A stretch of 63,145 nt of DNA, counting the filler, from Octopus bimaculoides (Eukaryota): NCBI RefSeq assembly GCF_001194135.2. It is 6 parts of 6 records of this genome, joined end to end, with 100 filler letters (N's around TTAATTAATTAA, not from the genome) between each part and the next. Parts side by side here need not be neighbours in the genome. Positions count along the whole stretch, not along the records: positions 43,917 to 60,841 come from NW_026371378.1; positions 60,942 to 63,145 come from NC_068981.1; 4 more parts are not named here. The stretch is one strand, 5' to 3'. How positions within the stretch are numbered: the stretch's first letter is position 1; every line of letters starts with the position of its first letter. The notes below the pieces were generated by a model. The model worked only from the letters and a program-made list of their open reading frames with translations. It did no database searches and had not been told where the DNA came from. Position numbers and translations under genes: made by a program. Shown here in pieces: positions 51,228 to 63,145 of this stretch.

Positions 51228-52672
51228 CTCCAAAATATCTGATGTGGTGGTGGTGGTGGTGGTGGGTCAATGAATTATAGATAACATTTGTAGATGGAAG
51301 ATGGTGGTGGTGTTGATGATGATGATGATGATGATGATGGGGGTGTGGCAGTGATGCAGTTGCAAAAACTCTTGTCGTGGGCCAGCAGTGATGTTGTGCT
51401 TATGAATGGTGGTGGTGGTGGTGGTGGTGGTGGCGATGATGATGATGATGACGATGATGTGTTGATGATGACAATGTAACAGGGTGGTGATGATGATGAT
51501 GATGGTGGTGGTGATGATGATGATGATAGTTACAGTGGTGCAATTGTGATGGTAGTTGTGGTGGTGGTGGTGGTGCTGGTGTCCATTGCAGCAGTGGTTT
51601 CACTGGTGTTGTGTTTCTATCTTCAAAATTTGACCAAAAAAGAAAATTAAGGTCCAGGAGTGGCCGTGTGGTAAGAAGCTTGCTTCCCAACCACATGGTC
51701 CTGGGTTCAGTCCCACTGCATGGCACCTGGGGCAATACTTCTGCACCAAAACGGGAAACCATTATCAAAATGCTTTGATTTTATTGGACCTGGCAAATAC
51801 ATATTTGTGTATGTATGTGCACTGGTATATTACTGGTACCAAGGGGTAGGGATCGGTGACTAACTAGAATCAATCTTAGGGAGTCAAGGGTTTGAGTGGA
51901 GGGGTAATTAGGGTTTCTAGGGTGGATTGTTGTGGAGAGGTGTTTTGGAGAAATTTTTATTGATTAGATTTGGGGAAATGCTGTTGTTTAGAATTTATTC
52001 ATACCTGTAAAATTTTGTAAGCAGGTGGGCATATTTAGGTGTGCCTCTTTTGGTAAGGACTTATAGGGTGTCCCCCCCCACCCAACATCTGATCTCTCTC
52101 TCTCTCTCTCTCTAACTAGGAATCCATGATTTGCTGATGTCAGTCTCACCAATATCAGCGGGTGTAGGGGCTGATAATCTGGTATCAAACTCAATGGCCC
52201 CTCTGATGTAGAGTTGAGCTGGCATGATGATTATGGCCCCGTTTCCTTTTATTCAGTGGACAGAAAACAAATAAAAAGTATTCCAACACGCCACCAGCAC
52301 CACCGCCAACGACAACAGCATCGCTACCACTGTCTCCACCACCAACCACCAGCAGCACAACCATCACCACCACCGCTACTACCACCACCTACAATAACAA
52401 CACCAACCTAGACACCCCACCACTGTCCCACCACCACTGTCCACTGTCCATTCTATGTAATACTGGACTGTAACATGATTCTTAAGTCAGATAATTTATT
52501 AACTTAATTACTCCACCTCCCTTTCTTTCTATATATATATGGATATACGCACAGGCATATATGTGTATATGTGTGTGTGTATGTTTGTATGTGCATATAT
52601 ATAAATTTATGTGTTTGCGTGTGTGTGTGTGTGTGTGTGTGTGCATATATATATCATATATATTGATGTGTG

Positions 52673-52804
<132 letters not shown>

Positions 52805-53196
52805 AGTTGGTGTATATGTATATGGGTGTATATATATGTATATATGTATATATGTGTGTGTGTGTGTGTGTATGTGTGTGTGTTTGTATGTATGTATGTA
52901 TGTATGTATGTATGTATGTATCTGATTCGGTGTCTTGTTACCAGGAAAATACAGTGTTACGTCATGGTGACTGGCACAAGCTGAAACACGGAGATGGTGC
53001 GCATGCGTCGGTCGAAGGTTCGCAACTTGTCTGACTAAACAAACTCACACATATGCACACACACACCAGCATGTATGCGCATACATACACACAAGAATGT
53101 GTTTGTGTGTATGTGTATGTATGGTGTGTTCATATATGTGTGTGTGTGTGTGTATCTATACGTGTGTGTGTGTATCTATACGTGTGTGTGTGTGTG

Positions 53197-53233
<37 letters not shown>

Positions 53234-53362
53234 ATGCATGTATATATATGTGTGCGTGTGTTTATATACATGTAAATGTATATATATACATACGTGTGTA
53301 TATATGTACATATATTTGTATGTATACAGATATACATATATATATGTATATATGCATATGTA

Positions 53363-53418
<56 letters not shown>

Positions 53419-53623
53419 TATATATATATATATATGTATAACATTGCATGTGTATGTATATGTATGTGTATATGTAAGTTAGTTATTTGTGTGTATTTAC
53501 CTATCAAATAACCTTATTATCAATGTTGTCAAGGTTTCTTTTTTCTATTGTTATCAATTAATTAATGAAACTAAAACCAAATTATTATTATCATTGTTGT
53601 TGTTGTTGTTGTTGTTACCATTA

Positions 53624-53765
53624 TGTCGGTAAGCTGGCAGAATCGTTAATATGCTGAACGAAATGCCTAGTGGTACTTCACCCGTTGCCATGTTCTGAGT
53701 TCATATTCCACCAAGGTTGACTTTCTCTTTCATCCTTTGAGAATTAAGTACCAGTTATGTACTGG
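53624..53765 (+). mobile_element. SINE family A, degenerate
   Basis: GCTGGCAGAATCGTTA..GTTCTGAGTTCA. Confidence 0.65.
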
Positions 53766-53804
53766 TGCTTAGCAGCATTTCATCCATTCAAATTCCACCA
53801 AGGT

Positions 53805-54125
53805 CAAATTTGGCCATTAGTGGGTTAGGGCGCGGCACTCATGATTATAAGATTGGAGTATCAATTCCTAGACTGGGTAGTGGCGGCGGTGGGTCGGTGC
53901 TTGGTGGTGTTGTGTTCTTGAGCAAAACATGTCATTTCACGCTGCCCTGCGATCACTCTGACACCTGAAACACAACACACTGTACACACCTGTGCAGGTA
54001 ACATCGATTTGATGGAGGGAGCGAGATATTATGTGGCACGAACATTTGATCACCTTAAACACATCACCTGTGCTGGTTGGTTGGCAAAAGCTCAACACTC
54101 ATGTGTTGCCTTCAACAGGAGAGTC
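53805..54125 (+). mobile_element. tRNA-type SINE, further family
   Basis: TAGTGGGTTAGGGCG..ACTCATGAT..GTGTTCTTGAGCAAAACA, with an (ATT)n tail. Confidence 0.5.
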
Positions 54126-54127
54126 TA

Positions 54128-54162
<35 letters not shown>

Positions 54163-54407
54163 TGGATGGTAAATACCAGCTTTTGCAACACATCTAGATT
54201 GTAGGGTATCTCAAAGGTCTTCAGATGTTTTTTCAGATTGCCTGGTATTGAATCCAATGCTCTGATGACAAAAGGGATAACCTTTCTGTTCGATTCTTGT
54301 AGCTACCACATCTTAGCAATCTCAATTCTCAGTCTTATTATTATTATAAAAGAAATCATCATCATCACCATTATTACCATTATTATCATTATTATTATTA
54401 TTATTAT

Positions 54408-54876
54408 TTTATGTTTGACATTTGCTTTGCATTTGTACAAGTTGCATCCAAGTCTCACCCAGAGACCTCAAGAGNNNNNNNNNNNNNNNNNNNNNNNNNN
54501 NNNNNNNNNNNNNNNNNNNNNNNNNNNNNNNNNNNNNNNNNNNNNNNNNNNNNNNNNNNNNNNNNNNNNNNNNNNNNNNNNNNNNNNNNNTTAAGAAACC
54601 ATAAGAAAATTATGTGTTTGCTTTAAAATTTGAGATCACATAGACAGTATTTTACGGAGGATATGGGCAGTTCCCATGAGCACTATCTTTTGAACTTCAG
54701 CCATTTTGGGGTTTCCTGGTATCTGAGCTAGGTAGTAATCAGCCCGTTTCGCTGTCATTCCCAGGGCACCTATGACAATAGGTATTGTTTTCGTCTTCAG
54801 ATTCCACATTTTGCTAATTTCTATTTCAAGATCTTTATATTTGCTCAGTTTTTGGTAGGTCTTGACAGATACGTTT
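54408..54876 (-). mobile_element. R4/Dong-type RLE 3' fragment, family 2, within (TAT)n
   Basis: Uninterrupted frame NVSVKTYQKLSKYKDLEIEISKMWNLKTKTIPIVIGALGM..QKIVLMGTAHILRKILSM*. (TAT)n on both sides. Confidence 0.85.
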
Positions 54877-55160
54877 ATATTATTATTATTATTATTATCA
54901 TCATCATTATTATTATTATTATTATTATTACTATTACTCCTTTCTATGCTACAAAGTACAGTTTTACTTATCTAAAACACTAATGTGATTAAGAATGTAT
55001 TTGGAATATAGCTGCAGGTATTTGTGACACCATACGTAACTTCAAACATGATGCACTTCCGGCAAAATTAAGAAGTTGAAAATCTATGTAGTGTTAGTGG
55101 GAAGGGGAAAATCACCATTGAAAACAAGGCAAGAGAGATTTACACTTTCTGTGTGCATAT

Positions 55161-55193
<33 letters not shown>

Positions 55194-55359
55194 CATTCAC
55201 GCATGCGCACACACATATATGAATGTATCTATGTGTGTATGGACACGTGTGAGTTTGTGAGTGTGTGTGCGTGTGTGTGTGTTTATAGATGTACACATAC
55301 AAATACATTGTTCACCATTTTGTTGCAAAACATTTTAGGGACATATATGTCTTCATGTA

Positions 55360-55396
<37 letters not shown>

Positions 55397-55603
55397 TTAT
55401 ACACACATGTGTATATACATATATTAGTTTGATAAGTGCCAACGCAGAAAAGTTTTGGGCCCTGAGTCACTGTGTTGCTTCTGCTAAATATTAATAAAAA
55501 ATATATATACATAAAAATATATATACAATCATGTTTTGTCTTCTATTTTTACTGTTTGCTTCACCAAACCTATACAGATATATATACCCGTACGAAAATA
55601 TAC

Positions 55604-55666
<63 letters not shown>

Positions 55667-55769
55667 CGTACATAAATATACATATGTACGTACAATTATG
55701 TATCTATATACATATATATATACACACAAACATACATATATATATATAGATACATACATATATGTGTGT

Positions 55770-55980
55770 GTGTATGTGTCTTTGTTCTCCACCTGCTTGA
55801 CAACTGTTGTTGGTTTGTTGACATCCTCATAACTTTGTAGTTCAGTCAAAGAGATCAATAGAACAAGTATGAGGCACAAGAAGAATAAGTGTTGGGTTCG
55901 ATATCTTTGACTAAAGACCTTCGACATGGTGCTCCAGCAAGGCCACTGTTCAATGACTGAAAGAAGTGAAAAACAGAAGA
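55770..55980 (+). mobile_element. SINE family B, 3' half, degenerate
   Basis: GCTTGACAAC..GGTGCTCCAGCAAGGCCACTG..ATGACTGAAA. Confidence 0.6.
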
Positions 55981-56697
55981 CATACACGACAAGGGAAGCT
56001 CCCCTTGGGGGACAAGAATGCCAAACACACACACACACTCACACACATGCACACACACAAACACAAACACACATCGCACACACATTCATACATACACAAA
56101 CATGCACACTCACACAGATACTCACACACACATATATAGATACACACATAGACACACATACACACACAAGCACACACACACATACACACACAAGCACACA
56201 CACACATACACATACAAGCACACACACGCATCACACACACATCACACACACACACACACAGATACACACATGTGCACAACCCCAAATTGCCCAAATGCTT
56301 TGCAACCCACAAAAAAAAAAGGGGCCCACTCCCAGATCTTGCGGCAAACCGGGAGCTCTGTCGTTAGTGTGCCCTCATTTAAACAGCAATTTCCGCCATT
56401 CTCGACCACGTTTCACGAAGTTAACTGCAGGGGGCAGCACCTCTCTCCCTACTCCTTATCTTCGTCTTTAAGTGCTACTTGAAGAAGTTGACGAGGACTT
56501 TCAGCCCCTGGAGGAAAGGAAAAGTTCTGTCCACAAACTTTTCAACTGCGTCTACCATGTAACTGTCTTCAACAACAACAACAGCACCAATTATAATAAT
56601 CATTATAATAATAATAATAATAATGATGATAATAATGATGATAATAACAACGATGACATCTACAGCAGCAACAACAACAACAATAATAATAATAATG

Positions 56698-56754
<57 letters not shown>

Positions 56755-56805
56755 GGAAGTCTGCTGCTAATTAAATGCGCTATTTCACAATCCTGAGGCT
56801 ATAAC

Positions 56806-56898
<93 letters not shown>

Positions 56899-57008
56899 AT
56901 ATATATATAAATATATGTATATATACATACATACACACATACATATATATGTATGTGTGTATGTATGAATGTGTGTGCGTGTGTACATGGAAGCATAAGA
57001 CACGTGTT

Positions 57009-57062
<54 letters not shown>

Positions 57063-57303
57063 AATGAGTGTGTATGTGTGTGTAAATATATATATGCATG
57101 CGTATATATACATGTGTGTATATCAAAAGCATGTTTTATGCATACATGTGTATGAATATATATATATATATGAGTGGATAAATGTATATATGACTGTATA
57201 TCTACGTACGTATGTATATGTGTGTGTATGTTCATATCTATCTATATATATATATGCATAGCTGTTTTAGTTCTTGTATCCGTATGAATGAACACATACA
57301 CAC

Positions 57304-57345
<42 letters not shown>

Positions 57346-57930
57346 TTGTATGTTTGTATGAGCATGTATATATAAATACGTGTGTGTGTTGCGATGTGTA
57401 CTTGTGAGAGTGTGTGTGTTATGCATGTGTATTATGTGAGCATGTGTGTATGTGTGTGTGTGTGTGTTTTGTGATGTGTACTTGTGAGCCTGTGTGTGTA
57501 AGTGTATGTGAGCATATGTGTGTGTGTGTGTGTGTATGTGTTGACATGTACTTGTGAGCGTGTGTGTGTATGTGTGTGTGTGTGATGTGATGTGTACTTG
57601 TGAGTGTCTGTGTGTGTGTGTGTGGATGTGTGTGTGTGTGTGGATGTGTGTGTGTGTAAACATTTTACAGTCATGTAATAAGCTGGAAAACAAGCACCTC
57701 ACTAATTTTACCGGAAGGAATCATCCAGCAAAAGTGGGGGGCAGGAGGGAGGGAGAGGGCGTAGAGGTGTGTGTGTGTGGTTGTCAGGAAAGTTTGTTGG
57801 TTGACTGAATGGGGAGAGGGAGAGGAGAAGGTGGTGGGGAGAAGTAGGTGTGGGGGAAGAGAAGGAGACTTTGTGAAGAAGGAGGGGTTGTGGGAGAAAG
57901 GGGATAGATATATAGAGACAGGCAGATAGG

Positions 57931-57967
<37 letters not shown>

Positions 57968-58152
57968 GGATGGATGGATGGATAGATGGATGGATAGATA
58001 GACAGACAGACATTTAGATAGATAGATAGATAAACAGACAGATAGACATAGATAGATAGATAGATAGATACATACATACATACATGGATAGACAGACAGA
58101 CAGATAGACAGATAGACAGACATTTAGATAGATTGGTTGATAGGTTGATAAG

Positions 58153-58185
<33 letters not shown>

Positions 58186-58429
58186 TGTAAGAGACTCACT
58201 GAGTGGCAGAGAGATGGCTGGGTGATCAGAGGAAAGAAAGAGAAGTAAAACAGAAGGAAAAAGATACGAAAGAAAGATTATGAATGAGGAGAAGGAATGA
58301 GTTAAAATATAACTTGAAGGACAAAAAGTAACAGGTTTTAAAAAACATAAATGCTTTAGGTTAATTCATTTGAGTAAAAAAAAAGACATTTTTCAAGGCA
58401 GTGCTCCAGTATGGTCTAATGACTGAAAC

Positions 58430-58600
58430 AAGTAGGTGTGGCCGTGTGATAAGAAGCTTGCTTCCCAACCGCATGGTTCTGGGTTCAGTCCCACTGCATG
58501 GCACATTGGGCAAGTGTCTTCTATTATTGCCTCTGGCTGACCAAAGTGGATTTGGTAGACGGAAACTGAAAGAAGCCTGTCATATAAATGTGTGCGTGTG
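58430..58600 (+). mobile_element. SINE family B, 5' half (similar heads at 45155-45260, 47278-47390 and 51655-51740)
   Basis: GGCCGTGTG..GCTTGCTTCCCAACC..GGGTTCAGTCCCACTG..GGGCAAGTGTCTTC. Confidence 0.7.
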
Positions 58601-58604
58601 TGTA

Positions 58605-59107
58605 TACGGGGTGCGGTGAATAAACTGTCGTCTAAATTACACAAAAATGAAAATAACACTGACGTCTCATTTTAACAGATATATTTACCAAAATTACCTA
58701 AGAATATCTTGAAATCCTAAAGAGTAAATTTATTCAATAAAATCGCCATTGGCTTCAACCACGGCCTCCATAGGTCTTCGGAATCTCCTGCAACTCTTCT
58801 GGAAGGTCTCCTTGTTTAAGTTGGTGAATGCTGCCATAATCCTTGTCTTCGGTTCATCTTTGGTGTCACAAGGAGTTTTGTTGGTCTCTCGCTCAACTGC
58901 ACCCCACACAGTTTGGGGAGTTAGGTGGCCAGATGCTAGGGGTGATGGCTGTTAGGGAAATCGTCAGACAGCCATGGCTGGGTTCTCCTGCTTGTGTGGC
59001 ATGGTGCAGAGTCCTGTTGCCAGACAAAGGGTCTTCCAGGAGCCACCCCCTTCACCCAGGGCAGCACTACTTCCTCCAGGCACTTGATGTCGGCCTCCAT
59101 GAGTATC
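58605..59107 (-). pseudogene. Tc1/mariner transposase 3' remnant with one terminal repeat
   Basis: Reads IKCLEEVVLPWV..FVWQQDSAPCHTSRRTQPWL..ITPSIWPPNSPN[deletion]VWGAVERETNKTP..FRRPMEAVVEANGDFIE*. The end is TACGGGGTG. The third catalytic residue is deleted. Confidence 0.85.
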
Positions 59108-60260
59108 ACTTGGGTGGTGTCTCACTCACTCTATCACACTCTCTTTCTCTCTCTCACACTATCTCTCTTCCTCTCTCTCTGTTATCTCCCTCTCACCCAT
59201 TATCCTCCTCTCACAAATTCCTCTTTCCCCATCTCTTCCTCCCCCTCACCCTCTTTCTTCCTTTCTCTCCCTTTCCAATATCTTTCTCTCTCTTTAACTC
59301 CCCATCTCTCTCTCCCTCTCTCTCCCACAACCTATCTGTCTCCTTCTCTCTCTCTATCTCTGTCCCTCTCTCTCTCTCCCTCCATCTCACCCCCTTTGTC
59401 CTTCTCTCTCCCTTTCCATTCTCTCTATCCTCTTCTGTCTCCCATAACCCCTCCCTCTCTCTCTCCCATTCTCTTCCTATTTCAATCTCCCTATCCACTC
59501 TCTCTCACCTCCCCCATTATGTCTCCCATCACCCCTCCCTTCATCTCCCCCCTCTCCNNNNNNNNNNNNNNNNNNNNNNNNNNNNNNNNNNNNNNNNNNN
59601 NNNNNNNNNNNNNNNNNNNNNNNNNNNNNNNNNNNNNNNNNNNNNNNNNNNNNNNNNNNNNNNNNNNNNNNNNNNNNNNNNNNNNNNNNNNNNNNNNNNN
59701 NNNNNNNNNNNNNNNNNNNNNNNNNNNNNNNNNNNNNNNNNNNNNNNNNNNNNNNNNNNNNNNNNNNNNNNNNNNNNNNNNNNNNNNNNNNNNNNNNNNN
59801 NNNNNNNNNNNNNNNNNNNNNNNNNNNNNNNNNNNNNNNNNNNNNNNNNNNNNNNNNNNNNNNNNNNNNNNNNNNNNNNNNNNNNNNNNNNNNNNNNNNN
59901 NNNNNNNNNNNNNNNNNNNNNNNNNNNNNNNNNNNNNNNNNNNNNNNNNNNNNNNNNNNNNNNNNNNNNNNNNNNNNNNNNNNNNNNNNNNNNNNNNNNN
60001 NNNNNNNNNNNNNNNNNNNNNNNNNNNNNNNNNNNNNNNNNNNNNNNNNNCTCCTACCCCAGTTAAAAAAAATGCAGCAGTTCCTGATATGGAAACCCAC
60101 TCAAGCCTTGCCGAGACCCGTCTAATCCAAGCCGCAATGAAAAGTGGTCGCAACACGTCGATGCTTATAAATCGATCTCTTTGTAAACAAACAAATTTAT
60201 AGAGTGCATACACACATACAAACACATATATACATATATATAGAAATACACACACATATG

Positions 60261-60294
<34 letters not shown>

Positions 60295-60371
60295 GAGAGA
60301 GAGAGGGGGGGAGAGTGAATTGTATAGAATACAATTATGCATAAGGGCAGAGAAAATAGACACCAAATACG

Positions 60372-60706
60372 TCTGGGCCACTTAATATCTTCACTTTACA
60401 ATATCCACATAGACTGGTTGAAATCAGGAAAAGTGAACTGACCAAAGATTCATAAAATGATTCAGACTGTCAAGTTCATTTGCCAACAGAATGTGGTGGT
60501 CCGACAAAGGACGATGTTACTGTTGTTTGAGCCCCAGGAAAACATTTTTATGATTCAGTACTGTCGCCGTATACTTCACGCTTGAAGTTGTTTTTCTCTG
60601 GAATTCAGGGAGTTTTGTTGAATTATTTTATGAATTTTTAGTCAGTCTGCTTTTCCTGACTTCAACCTGGGTATATCGCAAAGTGAAGATTTTGAGTGGC
60701 TAGAGA
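60372..60706. mobile_element. MITE/foldback element with ~85-bp imperfect TIRs
   Basis: GCCACTTAATATCTTCACTTT..GGTTGAAATCAGGAAAAG..ATTCATAAAAT and its reverse complement at ~60625-60706. Confidence 0.7.
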
Positions 60707-60779
60707 CATATTTAGCATTTATTTCAGCATATAGGTATGGTAGGCTTTGTGCCCTTAGGTATAATTGTATTCTATACAA

Positions 60780-60841
<62 letters not shown>

Positions 60842-60941
60842 NNNNNNNNNNNNNNNNNNNNNNNNNNNNNNNNNNNNNNNNNNNNTTAATTAATTAANNN
60901 NNNNNNNNNNNNNNNNNNNNNNNNNNNNNNNNNNNNNNNNN

Positions 60942-60977
<36 letters not shown>

Positions 60978-61810
60978 ATATACATATATATATGTATACA
61001 TACTAGATACATCCATACAAAACTTAGTACATACATACACATATACAATATGCATATATACGTATTCACACACACACACACACACATACATACATATATT
61101 CATTCATAAGTACATATATACGTACGTAGGTGCATACATACATACATACGCAAACGTATACATATACCATATACACACACACGCACGCACACACACGCAC
61201 GCACACACACGTACATACATACATACATAATACACACATACATACTTACTTACGTACGTACACAGCAACACACGCAGCTGTAGGTAAGTCGATGCATAGT
61301 TACATAGATATACATAAGAACTATGAATGACAGTTACGGGCTTCAGTCGGTCGGTGATTGGTTTATCGTCGACCTTCTGTCTCACACAGTGTTCCTCTTC
61401 ACCGACCAATCTGACAGGCAACGTCGGAAAACTTTTATGGTAGCCAACTGACAAGTATTTCTAATCGGAACGCCAGTACCTCTGACCGTTATCGACCCTC
61501 TACTTCATTTTAACGCCCTACGCTACCAAACAATCCACCATCATCACCGCCACCACCTCTATTGTATGTAATATCTACCATTGAAGAGTGCTTCGTTTCT
61601 CTTTCCTGTCTTTTGTTTTCCATTTTCCCTACCACTCCTTTCTTACAACCGACCCATCCACCATATCATTCTCACTCACTCTTCCCACTCCTCTCTTTTT
61701 ACATCATGTATGTGCATTTATGTGTGTGTTTGTGCGTGTACCGGTGCACGTAAATATATCTATATAGAGTTAAATATATACAAATATTTATATATGTATG
61801 TATATATATG

Positions 61811-61841
<31 letters not shown>

Positions 61842-63039
61842 GTATATATATATANNNNNNNNNNNNNNNNNNNNNNNNNNNNNNNNNNNNNNNNNNNNNN
61901 NNNNNNNNNNNNNNNNNNNNNNNNNNNNNNNNNNNNNNNNNNNNNNNNNNNNNNNNNNNNNNNNNNNNNNNNNNNNNNNNNNNNNNNNNNNNNNNNNNNN
62001 NNNNNNNNNNNNNNNNNNNNNNNNNNNNNNNNNNNNNNNNNNNNNNNNNNNNNNNNNNNNNNNNNNNNNNNNNNNNNNNNNNNNNNNNNNNNNNNNNNNN
62101 NNNNNNNNNNNNNNNNNNNNNNNNNNNNNNNNNNNNNNNNNNNNNNNNNNNNNNNNNNNNNNNNNNNNNNNNNNNNNNNNNNNNNNNNNNNNNNNNNNNN
62201 NNNNNNNNNNNNNNNNNNNNNNNNNNNNNNNNNNNNNNNNNNNNNNNNNNNNNNNNNNNNNNNNNNNNTATATATATATATGTATATATATATATATGTA
62301 TGCATATATATGTATATATGTATTATATACATACATGTATACATAAATGCATACATATATACATACATGCATGCATATACCTCCATCACCTCTTCTTTCG
62401 ACTTACAGCTCATGATCCGGAGATGCCTTCATTTTTGCCTTTCATTTTCGTTGGTTCGCAAGTAAAAATAAAACGTCATTTCATGTTGGTATCATTTTGA
62501 TATTAGGCTTCTCTTAGTTTTTGGTTTTATTTTATTCTACCTTATGTATCGATATCTATGTATCTATATAAATGTGTGTGCGTGCGTGCGTGCATGTGTG
62601 CATGCGTGTGTGTTCGTTGTGTGTGTGCGTATGTGTGTATGTGCATTCTTAGTTCTATTCGACCTCAAAGTACTTCTGGCGTGAACGATTATACTTTTTG
62701 TTCCTAGAGCGGTTCTCTTTTTCCAATACCTTCGTTGGTTCATTTTAATATCTCGGCACAACTTTTGATATATATTTTCTGTTCTTGTTGATTTTTGTCT
62801 CTTATTTTCTTCGTTTTAATTTTAATATTTCTCTAGTTATTCTTCTATATAAATCTTACCCTGTAAATCTGTAAGTACGACTGTATCAATTTGATTGTGT
62901 GTAAACATGCACATTCTCTAGAGATGTGGTTACGCTACATTGTTAGGCATAAGGCCAGTTGTTTTAAGGGTGAGAACAATCGATCACATTTGCTTTTAAC
63001 TTTCTCTCACTCTTTCTTCCTGTTTCTGTTGTGCCTGTA

Positions 63040-63145
63040 ATTCAAAGGGCCAGCCTTGTCACACTGTGTCACGCTGAATATCCCCAAGAACTACGATAAG
63101 GGTACACGTGTCTGTGGAGTGCTCAGCCACTTGCACGTTAATTTC
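63040..63145 (+). mobile_element. SINE family F, runs off the window end
   Basis: AATTCAAAGGGCCAGCCTTGTCAC..GTGGAGTGCTCAGCCACTTGCACGTTAATTTC. Confidence 0.75.

Noticed and set aside
51840-51990. Degenerate TTAGGG / G-quadruplex tract as an interstitial telomere
   Set aside because: Only two exact TTAGGG with irregular spacing, so not an array.
52118-52210. GIHDLL.. after a (CT)n acceptor, resembling ANO7 GIHQLL
   Set aside because: The similarity stops after 6 residues, there is no AAFPLHDG, and the frame ends in a stop.

Overview
This is AT-rich, microsatellite-saturated eukaryotic DNA with many scaffold gaps. The repeat families look like those of Octopus, which is an inference. Most ORFs in the supplied track are microsatellite or gap artefacts. 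One host coding exon is well supported: a 137-nt + strand exon (40190-40326) of an ANO7-like anoctamin/TMEM16 gene, which the ORF track misses. The window may therefore be largely intronic. The rest is mobile DNA: a near full-length but decayed Tx1-clade LINE (361-5610, -), a Penelope GIY-YIG fragment, a probable Helitron N-terminal remnant, several R4/Dong-type RLE LINE 3' ends in (AAT)n tracts, a CR1 3' end, a Tc1/mariner transposase remnant, MITEs and many tRNA-type SINEs. The most interesting signal is a ~350-bp tandem unit (14-360, 5611-5989, 5990-6145). It carries a minimal type I hammerhead ribozyme motif with a palindromic stem III, as in retrozymes and Penelope pseudo-LTRs. A divergent relative at 12874-13070 shows compensatory changes in the same fold. 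The Tx1 LINE sits in this array in the same orientation, 3-20 nt upstream of the hammerhead, with a degenerate ~18-bp target-site duplication. This raises the hypothesis of a LINE that targets or hitch-hikes on a self-cleaving ribozyme array. All calls were made by eye; no searches were run.
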